Assembly (NCBI GenBank): GCA_002376865.1
Contig: DFOU01000006.1
Span: 30,763-87,791, forward strand
DNA: 57,029 bases
Direction: 5' to 3'
Origin: Patescibacteria group bacterium UBA3533
GTDB lineage: Bacteria > Patescibacteriota > Minisyncoccia > Phycocordibacterales > Phycocordibacteraceae
In this document: piece by piece, positions 31,089 through 40,603 of the stretch
Position numbering within the stretch: position 1 is the first letter of the stretch
How the letters are laid out: each line of letters starts with the position of its first letter
Notes under the pieces: generated by a model
The model's database searches: none
What the model was told of the DNA's origin: nothing
What the model saw: only the letters and a program-made list of their open reading frames with translations
Translations under genes and position numbers: made by a program

Positions 31089-32153
31089 TTATTTGAAGAT
31101 TGGCTGATCTTTTTTCACTGACTCCTTTAGAGTAACTTCTTCTCCAAGCTCTCGTGCAGAATACTGGTTGTCTTCAAGAGGAATCGCAAAATAAAAATCT
31201 TCATCTAGAGATTCTTTTGTAAGTACATGCCCCTTCTCAAGATCTTTCTTTGCATACATTCCTCTTGAAACACTTTGAATATAGTCCCGTTCTTTCTGTG
31301 GAATATTTCGAGCTCCTTCTCCATCTCCAACCATCTCTTTTGCAAGAAGAAATGCTTTAAACCAGGTGTCTACTTGTTCAGGTAAAGAACAGTACTTGGA
31401 AACAGTAATTCCATCAGCATCAATATCAACATGTCGCTCAAAAGTACGTGCCCCTTTTGCATAGGCAATAGTTACAGAAGTAACCCAGTCATTGTACTCA
31501 TGCGTTGAAAGTCCAATAACGTTATTTGGATATCGCTTCACAAGAAAATCAATCTGTGAGAGATGTAGATCACTATTTTCTGATGGATACAAAGATACAC
31601 AGTGGTTTACCGCAAGGGGCACACCCTTCTTTTCAAAAAGCTCCACGATACGGTCCATATCCTCAATATCTGTTCCTCCATTTGAGACAGCAGTAGGAAT
31701 TTTTGCCTCAAGAATCTTATCAATTAAGCTGACAGCTTTTGTGTCCTGACTTGCTATTTTAAGAACATCAATACCAAGCTCAACACATAGATCAACTGAC
31801 TTCTCATCAAAAGGTGTTGCCATTGCAATAAGACCCCGTTTCTTTACCTCATTAACAAGCTGCTGTAGCTCATCTTTTGTAAGTTTTGTTGATAGTGTCT
31901 TTTTTACATACCGAGAATTTTTTCCTGGAGGTACGACAATCTCTGCAGCTCCTTTCTCAAGCTTATTTTCTTGCTGTGCAGAGTGCACAAAAGTATCAAT
32001 GTCACGCAATTGCAGCTTAATTGCAGCATGTATACCATTTTTCTCAACAACATCTGCATGGTCGTTAATGATTTTAAGTCCCCGCTTTACATCTCCCCAG
32101 TGATTATTTGCTATTTCAAGGACAAATAGGTTTTTGAATATTTCACTTTTCAT
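31089..32153 (-). CDS. NeuB-family sugar-phosphate/PEP condensing synthase (N-acetylneuraminate/pseudaminate/legionaminate/KDN synthase-like) with a C-terminal SAF domain
   Basis: FVLEIANNHWGD (compare IAEIG.NHNGD), STHEY (compare SDH), and a C-terminal segment of about 60 aa that looks SAF-like. Confidence 0.75.
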   Translation of the reverse strand: MKSEIFKNLFVLEIANNHWGDVKRGLKIINDHADVVEKNGIHAAIKLQLRDIDTFVHSAQQENKLEKGAAEIVVPPGKNSRYVKKTLSTKLTKDELQQLVNEVKKRGLIAMATPFDEKSVDLCVELGIDVLKIASQDTKAVSLIDKILEAKIPTAVSNGGTDIEDMDRIVELFEKKGVPLAVNHCVSLYPSENSDLHLSQIDFLVKRYPNNVIGLSTHEYNDWVTSVTIAYAKGARTFERHVDIDADGITVSKYCSLPEQVDTWFKAFLLAKEMVGDGEGARNIPQKERDYIQSVSRGMYAKKDLEKGHVLTKESLDEDFYFAIPLEDNQYSARELGEEVTLKESVKKDQPIFK

Positions 32154-32180
32154 AATTACTCTATCATATAGGCAACTTTA

Positions 32181-33554
32181 TTATTTGCAACAAACTGACT
32201 CGAAAACAATTTCCGCAAGCCGTTTTCCTGAGAAACCATCAAATGGGGCAACAAATGTCTTAATAACCTCTTTTCTTCCTTCTGCATCTTTTTTGGGATT
32301 TTCAAAATATGTATTTATGTTCTGTATTAATGCTTCTGAACTCTCTGGAGTAACCGCCCCTCCAGTTGCAACAAGTTTTTCATAGTGATCAAAATGATCA
32401 TAGAGACGACCAACCTGCTCCCAGTAGGAAAGATGCTTACTTTTTGAGTCAAAATTGATACATATTGCTGGCGTATCAAACACCGCAGCATCAATTGAAA
32501 GCGTTGATGCAATATTTATCACTACATCAGCATGATACATAAGGTTAACAAAACGCTCAGCATCAGAAAAGAATACTTTCTCCTTATTTACAAATGTGGG
32601 ATCAAGAGTGATGTGAGGTAAGGTATTTAATCCATACTCTTCAATAGAAAAGAGTGATGCAGGATGCGGCCTAAATATAACGTGCGCAGGTTCTTTGATC
32701 TCATTTTTCTCTATCGCATCATTTAAAATTTTAGGAAGTTCATCTTCACTGTAGTAAAAATCAGAACCACCAATAAACAGTATTTTTTTATCACTATCTA
32801 TACCCAAAGCATCACAAAATACCTTACGTGGTACAAGATATTTTTTTGGATTTTTATATATATCGTAATGCGGAAGCCCCACAATCATTTTCTCGGGTTC
32901 AATAATATCAATGTGCTGAAACTTCTTTGCAGCTTCAATAAGCCATCTATTTTGGAAAATGAATATATCAGGAATAACTGCTAACAGGCCGTGATTATTT
33001 AGATTATCCCAGCTTCTTACCATTCCAACCACTTGTATGTTTCGTCTTTTTGCCTCAACTGCAACAAGCACATCAAATTCATTATCAATTAATGATGGTA
33101 CAAAAATCGAATCGAAGTCTCCTTCATCAAATACTTTCTTGATCCCTTGTGGGGGCGTAATTTGCAATACAAGTGTGCGAATAAAAGATTGATACCAGCT
33201 AAATCTTGCAAACAATACTCCAATACCTGCCTTTACAATAGTTGCAACAAGACTTGCCTGCCCCCTTTTTAAAGCTCGCATTCGATACGTTGTAACACTG
33301 TGTGAATATACTCCTGTACGTACCAAAAAATTCACCACCTTCTCGTACAAACTTTTCTTTACGCGTGTAAAACCACGAACTGCCACATCTGCAGGAAGCT
33401 CCTCTCTAAAGTAATCAACCCGCTTTTCTTCTACAAGAAAAGTAATGGTATTTTTTTCTTTTTTATTACGCTTGTAAAACTCTAGCCAAAAATCTGTATC
33501 AATAATATTTCTACGAATGATATCTTTGGAAATAACGATGAGTATATTTTTCAT
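32181..33554 (-). CDS. Hypothetical protein, possibly a GT-B-like glycosyl/glycerophospho/nonulosonate transferase
   Basis: Two Rossmann-like halves, an FRPHP motif and a late IASTLSIDAAVFDTPAI segment are reminiscent of TagF/capsule-synthesis-type enzymes. No motif is firmly recognised. Confidence 0.3.
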   Translation of the reverse strand: MKNILIVISKDIIRRNIIDTDFWLEFYKRNKKEKNTITFLVEEKRVDYFREELPADVAVRGFTRVKKSLYEKVVNFLVRTGVYSHSVTTYRMRALKRGQASLVATIVKAGIGVLFARFSWYQSFIRTLVLQITPPQGIKKVFDEGDFDSIFVPSLIDNEFDVLVAVEAKRRNIQVVGMVRSWDNLNNHGLLAVIPDIFIFQNRWLIEAAKKFQHIDIIEPEKMIVGLPHYDIYKNPKKYLVPRKVFCDALGIDSDKKILFIGGSDFYYSEDELPKILNDAIEKNEIKEPAHVIFRPHPASLFSIEEYGLNTLPHITLDPTFVNKEKVFFSDAERFVNLMYHADVVINIASTLSIDAAVFDTPAICINFDSKSKHLSYWEQVGRLYDHFDHYEKLVATGGAVTPESSEALIQNINTYFENPKKDAEGRKEVIKTFVAPFDGFSGKRLAEIVFESVCCK

Positions 33555-33558
33555 ATAA

Positions 33559-34395
33559 TTATTCTTCTCTCACTGCAGTAATGATATAAGTCTTAAATCC
33601 ATCAGGTTTTTCGGCATTAAGTCGAATTGTGTACATAAACCTGTTTTCTTCAAAAAACTTAATAATATTTGAGAGCATATTATCTTTAGCCTCAAAGGCA
33701 AAATGGTACTCCATAAGTATAGAGCGCACATGCTTTGAAGCAGCAGCTTTCTGTAGATCTCGGAAAAGAGGACCTTCAGAAAGTTGTATATCAATTTTTA
33801 ACACATCGACTGGTTCATCAATAAATGTAGATAGTTTTTTCTTGGGCACAGAAACTTTTGTACCACCCCGCCGCTCTTCTACCGATGTTGTTGTTGCAAG
33901 CGACATTCCTTCTCGCACAAAAAGATCTATTTCTCCTTCTGTGTCAGAAAGTGCAACATCGTACACATATACATCCTTTAGACTATTTTCTTCAACATTC
34001 TTCTTTAAAAGTGCAACTACTAGCGGTGATGGTTCAAAAACTTTTATCTTTGCTTTTGGGTATAGATGTTTGAAATACAATACTGATAATCCAATATTTC
34101 CTCCGCAATCATAAATGGTTGGATTTTTGCTTTCCGAATAGAAGTAGTAGGGTTCATGCACAAAAATTTCTGTCACCAGCATTTCTAGTTCAGATATTGA
34201 TTCAAAAAATACTCTATACTTTAAAAATCTTATTGATTCTATATGAAATAATCTTCCATCAAGGACATTTGCTGCAACAACTTTTGTATAGAAATAAAAT
34301 AGAATTATTTTCTTTGAAAATGATAGGTGCTTCCCAGAGAAAATTCGCACCATGCTTCCAAGATATCGTTTTATTCTATGAGAAATATTTTTCAT
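33559..34395 (-). CDS. FkbM-family SAM-dependent methyltransferase
   Basis: YDCGGNIGLSVLYFKHLYPKAKIKVFEPSP and LKIDIQLSE (compare DCGAN.G and lKiDvEG.E). Confidence 0.8.
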   Translation of the reverse strand: MKNISHRIKRYLGSMVRIFSGKHLSFSKKIILFYFYTKVVAANVLDGRLFHIESIRFLKYRVFFESISELEMLVTEIFVHEPYYFYSESKNPTIYDCGGNIGLSVLYFKHLYPKAKIKVFEPSPLVVALLKKNVEENSLKDVYVYDVALSDTEGEIDLFVREGMSLATTTSVEERRGGTKVSVPKKKLSTFIDEPVDVLKIDIQLSEGPLFRDLQKAAASKHVRSILMEYHFAFEAKDNMLSNIIKFFEENRFMYTIRLNAEKPDGFKTYIITAVREE

Positions 34396-35246
34396 GATCT
34401 TTTCTTTGCAACAATCATAATATGAGAAAAACTCCGTGCATTCATATCAATAGCTCGTGTCACATTACTTATAAAAGAAATACTAAAGTTTGCACCTTCA
34501 AAGGCAGATATGATATCTGATAATTTATTTTCCCCACCTTCAAAGGCATGGTATTCCAGTATTACATGCTGCAACTTCTCTAGAGCATCTGTTTTTGCAA
34601 GCTCTTGCAGAACCTGACCTTCTGCGCCCTCGATATCCATTTTTAAGAAATCAACCTCTTTATCAATAAACGTAGAGAGCGGCACCACTTCCACGTCAAC
34701 ACATGCACTCATATCAGATTTTGTGTGGGCACTTTTCATACCTTCTGAAATAGTTGCGGCTCTTCGATCTCCACATATTTGTATAGTCCCAAAGCTTTCT
34801 CCAACTGCTTTTTTTATGATCACAACATTCTCTAGACTATTATTCTTTATATTTCTTTCTAAGATTTCGGCGTTCTCAGGTAATGCCTCAAATACAAAAA
34901 CTTTTGCTTTTGGGTACAGATATTTGAAATACAATACTGATAATCCAATATTTCCTCCACAATCAATAATCAGTGGATGATTATTCTTGGCAACAAAATG
35001 GTACTCATCTTCCAAAAATACTTCCCGAAATGTCCAATAAAAATCTGAAAAGCTCTCGAAACTCACGGTAAAAGAAAGCATTTTCTGTTGCGTTATTTTT
35101 GCTACTCTTCCATCTAAAAACTTATTAATTCGAATATGTAAGTATGTAAAAAGAAATTCAAGTTTCTTCCTAATGTTTAAATGTGATTTAGAAAAAATTG
35201 TTCTTAAATCAGAATATAAGTCTGTGGTTTTTCTTATGGCATTCAT
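34392..35246 (-). CDS. FkbM-family SAM-dependent methyltransferase (tandem paralogue)
   Basis: IDCGGNIGLSVLYFKYLYPKAKVFVFEALP and LKMDIEGAEG. The start is set at ATG 35246 (MNAIRK...); the longest ORF reaches 35315. Confidence 0.8.
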   Translation of the reverse strand: MNAIRKTTDLYSDLRTIFSKSHLNIRKKLEFLFTYLHIRINKFLDGRVAKITQQKMLSFTVSFESFSDFYWTFREVFLEDEYHFVAKNNHPLIIDCGGNIGLSVLYFKYLYPKAKVFVFEALPENAEILERNIKNNSLENVVIIKKAVGESFGTIQICGDRRAATISEGMKSAHTKSDMSACVDVEVVPLSTFIDKEVDFLKMDIEGAEGQVLQELAKTDALEKLQHVILEYHAFEGGENKLSDIISAFEGANFSISFISNVTRAIDMNARSFSHIMIVAKKRS

Positions 35247-35325
35247 AATAAAAAGATAGGTGTGGTGGCGCAAGCCTCCATATGCTCTTTCAAAGCATCT
35301 TACAGAAATACGCATTGAATAGCAA

Positions 35326-35351
35326 AAGAGGTGTCCATGCGGACACCTCTT
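35326..35351 (-). terminator. Perfect 11-bp-stem hairpin terminating the GC-rich gene
   Basis: AAGAGGTGTCC-atgc-GGACACCTCTT, 20 nt after the stop codon at 35372. The minus strand continues TTTGCTATTC. Confidence 0.7.
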
Positions 35352-35371
35352 AAGGTACTGAGTTGGAGACT

Positions 35372-36421
35372 TTATATCTCCAAAAGTGCATCTGCCATCT
35401 TGCGTGGCACCGCATCAGGGTCAGTAGATTCAGGAAGCGGCAGCCTCTTTTCAAGTACAGCAACCTCCCCACTCCTATAGGCCTGATCATACTTGAGGCG
35501 AACAAGTTCTCGCCTCAAGGAATGAGGAGACGTAAACCGCTTCGCAATCCCAGTAAGAACTGCTTCCGGGTGCGAACTCCCCATAATGCGAATATTTTCT
35601 TGATCCACAACATGGCCACCAAGCGCGAGCACTGGGATGCGCTGATATGCAGCCGAGAACGCAATGGACGTACCCGGATCAATCAGAACATCAACTCCTA
35701 CAATTGCGTCGTCAGAAGGCATTTCTTCCTTTATAATCATACGGACCGACACATCTCCAGCATGAGCGATGAGCTCATCATACAAGCTAGAGTTTTGAAG
35801 CGCTGGATCACCAGGATGCGGTGAAAGCAACAGGTGCGTGTTCTTGAACCTGGAGCTTGCAAGTGCCTGCATGATTGAACTCCAGAGGAATGCATTCCCC
35901 ATTGAGAATTTCATGCCTGCTGCCATGATCAGAAAATCTGAATCATTGTAGCCGAGCTGTTTGCGAATATCTGCACGCGTCCTGCTCGAGAAGGCACTTC
36001 TCTCACGAAGCATATTGCCGGTATGGAAACCTTTCGCCGAAGCGAACACTTCCTTAGTCGCCGCCGAGACATCAGTGGCGAGATACCCAAAGTAGAATGC
36101 AGCACCCTTTGCAAGGTCTGCAAACCATGGCCGAGCAAAACAATTATGCGCATCGCCGTAAAAACCGTACCGAATGCCAGCACTATTTGCAGCCTTTGCA
36201 AAACAAAGCTCTGGACCTGCGAGCACTTCAGACGAAGACATCCCGCAAAGCAATACGCTTGCACCAGAGAGAGCTTCACAGACCTCATCCGGCGTAACTT
36301 CTTTCAACTTTCCCATTCCAAGGAACGAGATTACTGTTACACCACGTGCCTTGAGCACGCGCTCAAGTACTGCGAACGTTTGCGAGGGACTGAAGTCCGT
36401 TGCAACTAAAACAGCCTTCAT
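35372..36421 (-). CDS. Hypothetical protein (349 aa) of atypical, GC-richer composition; two Rossmann-like halves suggest a GT-B-like fold
   Basis: Hand-counted GC in 100-nt samples is 55% (35401-35500) and 50% (36101-36200). The flanking genes give 31% (34401-34500) and 41% (36501-36600). The ORF track shows many long overlapping off-frame ORFs only here, which is a high-GC signature. No family motif recognised. Confidence 0.6.
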   Translation of the reverse strand: MKAVLVATDFSPSQTFAVLERVLKARGVTVISFLGMGKLKEVTPDEVCEALSGASVLLCGMSSSEVLAGPELCFAKAANSAGIRYGFYGDAHNCFARPWFADLAKGAAFYFGYLATDVSAATKEVFASAKGFHTGNMLRERSAFSSRTRADIRKQLGYNDSDFLIMAAGMKFSMGNAFLWSSIMQALASSRFKNTHLLLSPHPGDPALQNSSLYDELIAHAGDVSVRMIIKEEMPSDDAIVGVDVLIDPGTSIAFSAAYQRIPVLALGGHVVDQENIRIMGSSHPEAVLTGIAKRFTSPHSLRRELVRLKYDQAYRSGEVAVLEKRLPLPESTDPDAVPRKMADALLEI

Positions 36422-36475
36422 GGCTCCACTCCTTTTTCAATCTTCTCTGTTGTTACTATAACATATAGAAGTAGT

Positions 36476-37603
36476 TTAGTCAATATTCTCCAGAATACGC
36501 CTTGCCCTCTCTTCCCAGGTATGCTCTGTTATTCTTTTAAATGCAGCATCTGTTTTGTCTATATCAGAAGACAGCACTTCCTGCACCTTTGTTTTCAATG
36601 CATTCACATCATCTGGAGTGACAAGAAATAACTCTTCTTCTCCTCCAACTTCACGTACTGATGGTAAATCAGAGGCAATAATGGGTCGCTTACTTGCCAT
36701 ATATTCAAAAAGCTTCATTGGAGACGTATAGTATTTTGAAATCTTCTCTTTCGCAGTATTAGGAAGCACTAGTATATCCGCAGCCGCTTGCCAAATAAAT
36801 ACTTCCTTATGGGGGACATGCCCCATGATGTGTATATTTTTAAACTCTCTGTGCTTTTCCCGTATGCGCGCTACATCTTTCTTGGTGCCACCAATAAAAT
36901 AGAAGGAGATATCTGGCAACCCCTTGGCAGCAGCAAGTAATGTATCTGTCCCTTTCCATGAATAGAAATGTCCTGTATACACAACAATACTCCCTTCAAT
37001 AGGAAGTGACAATTTTTCTCGCGCTTCTTCCTTTTTCATATTGTATGGAATAGATGCAATATCAACAGCATTTAACTCCACAACAATACGCTTAGGCGAC
37101 ACCTCAAATGCCCGTACGAGCTCGTCTTTTTTCCATGTATTCGTTGCAATAATTTTATGAAGTAATGAAAATACAAACCTATAGAGCCACTTACTTTGCT
37201 CAGGAAAGTCATGGAGTTCATACACCACCTTGTATCGTGTAAATAGCACACAAAATAGTGCAGGAATAATTTCATTGGTGTACACAATCTTCTTCTCTGT
37301 TTTATCAAACAAAATAAAAAATAATGCACTTAGAGAAAATACAAAAAGGCTTAAACGAAATGCAAACACCTTAAGTGCACTCTTAAACAGATCAATAGTG
37401 AATAGATAGTGCACAGAAAAATTCTTCTCTACTTTGTAGTATTCAAAGGGGTCAACATTAACACCCTCTCTCTTTGGCACTAAAAGCTTTACTGACACTC
37501 CAACATTAGAAAATGCCTCAGCACCCCTTGCCGCAAAGATGCCATGTGCTTTTTCGCTTGGGAAGCGTCCATGAAAAATTGAATATAAAGTTACTTTCTC
37601 CAT
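36476..37603 (-). CDS. Glycosyltransferase family 4 (GT-B)
   Basis: C-terminal E-x7-E region SPMKLFEYMASKRPIIASD. Confidence 0.75.
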   Translation of the reverse strand: MEKVTLYSIFHGRFPSEKAHGIFAARGAEAFSNVGVSVKLLVPKREGVNVDPFEYYKVEKNFSVHYLFTIDLFKSALKVFAFRLSLFVFSLSALFFILFDKTEKKIVYTNEIIPALFCVLFTRYKVVYELHDFPEQSKWLYRFVFSLLHKIIATNTWKKDELVRAFEVSPKRIVVELNAVDIASIPYNMKKEEAREKLSLPIEGSIVVYTGHFYSWKGTDTLLAAAKGLPDISFYFIGGTKKDVARIREKHREFKNIHIMGHVPHKEVFIWQAAADILVLPNTAKEKISKYYTSPMKLFEYMASKRPIIASDLPSVREVGGEEELFLVTPDDVNALKTKVQEVLSSDIDKTDAAFKRITEHTWEERARRILENID

Positions 37604-38448
37604 ATATCTAGTGTACGTGAAATGTTTTTCTCAAGCACGCGTATATCTTCTTCGTAATATTCCATGAGCTCTTTTTTGAGGGCCGGATCAATAGATTCTT
37701 TCCAAGCAGTTTTTGTCGAACGTGCATTGAGGTGCTGCAAATATGCAATACTCTTTGTAATGCCACTTATTTTGGCAAAGGTACGTAATGGAGCAAAAAT
37801 TATACTCTTATGCATAAATACACGAATGTGTTGAATGCCATGCTGAAACCAGGCAAGATAATATGCGTGGTCCTTAGATGCATTTATCTCTTTCCCGATA
37901 CACGAAGGAGTGAAAGAAGCATCTACTCCTAAACTTTCATATACTTCTTGTATAATTGCACGCGGATTTTCCCTACTCTCTTCCTGAATGATGAATACAA
38001 ATTGTTTTTTTGGGAATAAGTTAAAAAACGGCGCAAGATGCTTTGCGTACAACCCCTCATTAATTAAGTCTCCTTTTTCCTTTACAATATCAATAAATGC
38101 ACCCTGCCCTCCAACACGTGCTTTACGGTACGTATAATTTGAAAAGGCGCGCTCTGCAGGATTGCGAAGCATAACAAGTAACCTTGCATCTGGATTATAT
38201 GCATGAATACGTGGCGCTACTTTTTCTCCCTCCCGCGTATACACAGCTGTAAACTCTGCAACCACCTTTTCATCAGCACAGTCAAAGTTTGCATGATATG
38301 CATCAATTCCCTCCTTATATCGTGCATCCAAATTAAAAAAATGCGTTTCTTTTTCTTTTGAAAAACAGATTTCTGGATGTTCCTCTAAGCACTTTGAAAG
38401 CCAGGTGCTTCCTGTTCGCGAAAAACCAATACCAATAACGTTAACCAT
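37591..38448 (-). CDS. Sulfotransferase-family protein
   Basis: 5'-PSB loop GFSRTGSTWL, and a 3'-PB-like RNPAERAFSNY motif (RxxxxRxxS). Confidence 0.75.
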   Translation of the reverse strand: MVNVIGIGFSRTGSTWLSKCLEEHPEICFSKEKETHFFNLDARYKEGIDAYHANFDCADEKVVAEFTAVYTREGEKVAPRIHAYNPDARLLVMLRNPAERAFSNYTYRKARVGGQGAFIDIVKEKGDLINEGLYAKHLAPFFNLFPKKQFVFIIQEESRENPRAIIQEVYESLGVDASFTPSCIGKEINASKDHAYYLAWFQHGIQHIRVFMHKSIIFAPLRTFAKISGITKSIAYLQHLNARSTKTAWKESIDPALKKELMEYYEEDIRVLEKNISRTLDIWRK

Positions 38449-39244
38449 GAATAAAATATTTTAAATATGTTTTAAAAGTCACCCACTGTAAATACAACCT
38501 ATTGAGCTCATACTGTGCGGGTATACCCTCTTTCCCATACCGCACTTTTACATAAAGCATCTTCACAAGAGTTTTTACACTTTCAACAAAAGGCTTATAC
38601 ACTCCTCGAGCAATAAAGTTTCCAAGAGTGTGCTTTTGACCCTTTGCCATTTCATTCATGCGATAAATAACTTTCTTTCTGTACTCTACAAAATCTAGCT
38701 CTTCCTCCAAAAGCACGTACCAAGGCTCATCAATAACTCCAACTGAAAGACTCTCATCAAAAAAGATTTTCTCATGAATCTTCTTCTTGAATCGTGCCCC
38801 TGACTTTTTATTAAAAAATCTTGTCTGATAATACTCTTTAAATGTTCTGTATTTTATAGATAAGTCTGAACTTGTTTTTACGTAACGAACTTTGTAGATT
38901 AAAAATTCTTCCTCGTTTTTTTCTACAATTGATCGAATTTTTTCAACAAGCTCAGAGGATACAACTTCATCAGAATCTACATAGAAAAACCAATCATGCT
39001 TTGCTGCATCTAAAGAAATGTTTCTTTCTTTTGCAAAATCTTCAATTGGATTTCCAGGATTGCTTTGTGAGACAACCTTGCACCCATATTGCTTTGCCAC
39101 ATCAAGAGTGCCATCGGCACTCCCCCCATCAGCAAGAATAATCTCATCAAAATCTTTAATGCTTTCAAGAAGCCTTGGTAGCTCACCTGCAACGTTATAG
39201 GTCAAAATTCCTACAGAACACGGTATTTTTTTACTTTTGCTCAT
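38441..39244 (-). CDS. Glycosyltransferase family 2
   Basis: VGILTYNVAGELPRLLESI...ADGGSADGT...VDSDE (DxD). The start is set at ATG 39244; the track start at 39253 is TTG. Confidence 0.8.
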   Translation of the reverse strand: MSKSKKIPCSVGILTYNVAGELPRLLESIKDFDEIILADGGSADGTLDVAKQYGCKVVSQSNPGNPIEDFAKERNISLDAAKHDWFFYVDSDEVVSSELVEKIRSIVEKNEEEFLIYKVRYVKTSSDLSIKYRTFKEYYQTRFFNKKSGARFKKKIHEKIFFDESLSVGVIDEPWYVLLEEELDFVEYRKKVIYRMNEMAKGQKHTLGNFIARGVYKPFVESVKTLVKMLYVKVRYGKEGIPAQYELNRLYLQWVTFKTYLKYFIHG

Positions 39245-39848
39245 AGATAACAATAGTCCACTTCTGCTTAGCAGTACTTACACAATACCGCTTTATTCTC
39301 CCAAAGCACAAGCGTATATAGGCCCAAATAAAAGATGAGCGCCAAGATTTATAATAAGAAAATACAACAACAGAAGGAGTAGACTTCTTTAAACGTGCAA
39401 GAAATGGTGCCATGGGAATATAGTAAATAACCTCATTACAAATCACTACATCCGCCTCCATTGCCTCCCCTGGAATTTCTTTTGATAAATCAACACACCT
39501 GTACTCCCCTTGAGGAAAAATTTTCTTTGCCTTTTCAAGAGCTTCTTCTGATATATCTACACCAAGAGATGAAGCAACGGGAACATTTAGATTTGCAAGT
39601 GCTGTTCCCAGCCCGCCATTTCCACAACCCAAATCAACAATTGAGATTGGACGATTTAATTTTTTAGAAAGAGAAAGACAATATTCAGCAATATGCACCG
39701 TGTTTGGCTGATCAGAAGTAATCAGCCTGTCCCAAGATCCTTTTCTATACTGATCTTCCCAATCATTTTTGGAAATAATAGAAGAAACAACTTCCTCTCC
39801 AGAAAAAAGTTTATGCAATACGTTTTTTATTTTTTGCCACGAAGCCAT
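39231..39848 (-). CDS. Class I SAM-dependent methyltransferase
   Basis: Motif I VDLGCGNGG and post-I VDIS. Confidence 0.75.
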   Translation of the reverse strand: MASWQKIKNVLHKLFSGEEVVSSIISKNDWEDQYRKGSWDRLITSDQPNTVHIAEYCLSLSKKLNRPISIVDLGCGNGGLGTALANLNVPVASSLGVDISEEALEKAKKIFPQGEYRCVDLSKEIPGEAMEADVVICNEVIYYIPMAPFLARLKKSTPSVVVFSYYKSWRSSFIWAYIRLCFGRIKRYCVSTAKQKWTIVIYEQK

Positions 39849-40603
39849 GAAAGTATTTTTTTATATAGATGCACTGCACGTGTTGTGCGTAATTTAAATA
39901 GAGCAAATGGCATTGTTCTATCAATCTGTACTCTTCGTAACCGATAAAGATTATCTCCTGGATTAATTATTCCTTCTGTAATTCCAAAACCGGCAACAAG
40001 ACCGAGGCCCTCTACCCTATCTTCAATTTCTTTATTTCTGTGCCCTGAAGCATATGCAATATATTTTGGCGCATGTCCTGTGTATGAAATTATATCGTCT
40101 CTACAGCCCGCTACTTCTGCTTCAAACTCTTCATTTGAAATTTCTTTTAGATTTAGATGATTTCTTCCATGAATCTCAAAAGACACGAGTCCTGAGTCAG
40201 ACATTTCTTTTATCTGCTCCTTAGTTAAGCGTTCAATGTCACCCAGTTTCTCTTTTCTTTCCAAATTTGAAGTTAGAAATACTGTTGCATGTACATTATA
40301 TTTTTTTAGAAGCGGGAATACATTTGTATATGTATCTAAATACCCATCATCTATAGTTATGGCAATCTCTGATCTTTCTATTTTTCTTTCTCCTTTTGCA
40401 TAAGCAACTACATTAGAAAGCGAAACGACACTATGTTTTTGAGCAAGAAATTTTAGCTCTTTTTCAAAAAGAGTTTTCGGCACGTCGTATTTTGTGTCTC
40501 CTCCTGACACTGAGTGATACATAAGAACAAAAACATGGGGCTTATTGCTTGAAAAAAACTTTACAAGCCAAAGAGCAATTATTTTAAAGTATCCGCGAAT
40601 CAT
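39827..40603 (-). CDS. Polysaccharide deacetylase (CE4, NodB-like) with an N-terminal membrane anchor
   Basis: ITIDDGYLDTYTNVFPLLKKYNVHATVFL (TFDDG motif region) and a later HGRNH motif. Confidence 0.8.
   Translation of the reverse strand: MIRGYFKIIALWLVKFFSSNKPHVFVLMYHSVSGGDTKYDVPKTLFEKELKFLAQKHSVVSLSNVVAYAKGERKIERSEIAITIDDGYLDTYTNVFPLLKKYNVHATVFLTSNLERKEKLGDIERLTKEQIKEMSDSGLVSFEIHGRNHLNLKEISNEEFEAEVAGCRDDIISYTGHAPKYIAYASGHRNKEIEDRVEGLGLVAGFGITEGIINPGDNLYRLRRVQIDRTMPFALFKLRTTRAVHLYKKILSWLRGKK

Noticed and set aside
35363-36461. Several 60-153-aa overlapping ORFs on both strands within 35372..36421
   Set aside because: They are a consequence of locally higher GC, which gives fewer stop codons. 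Only the 349-aa minus-strand frame spans the whole interval and is bounded by a terminator.
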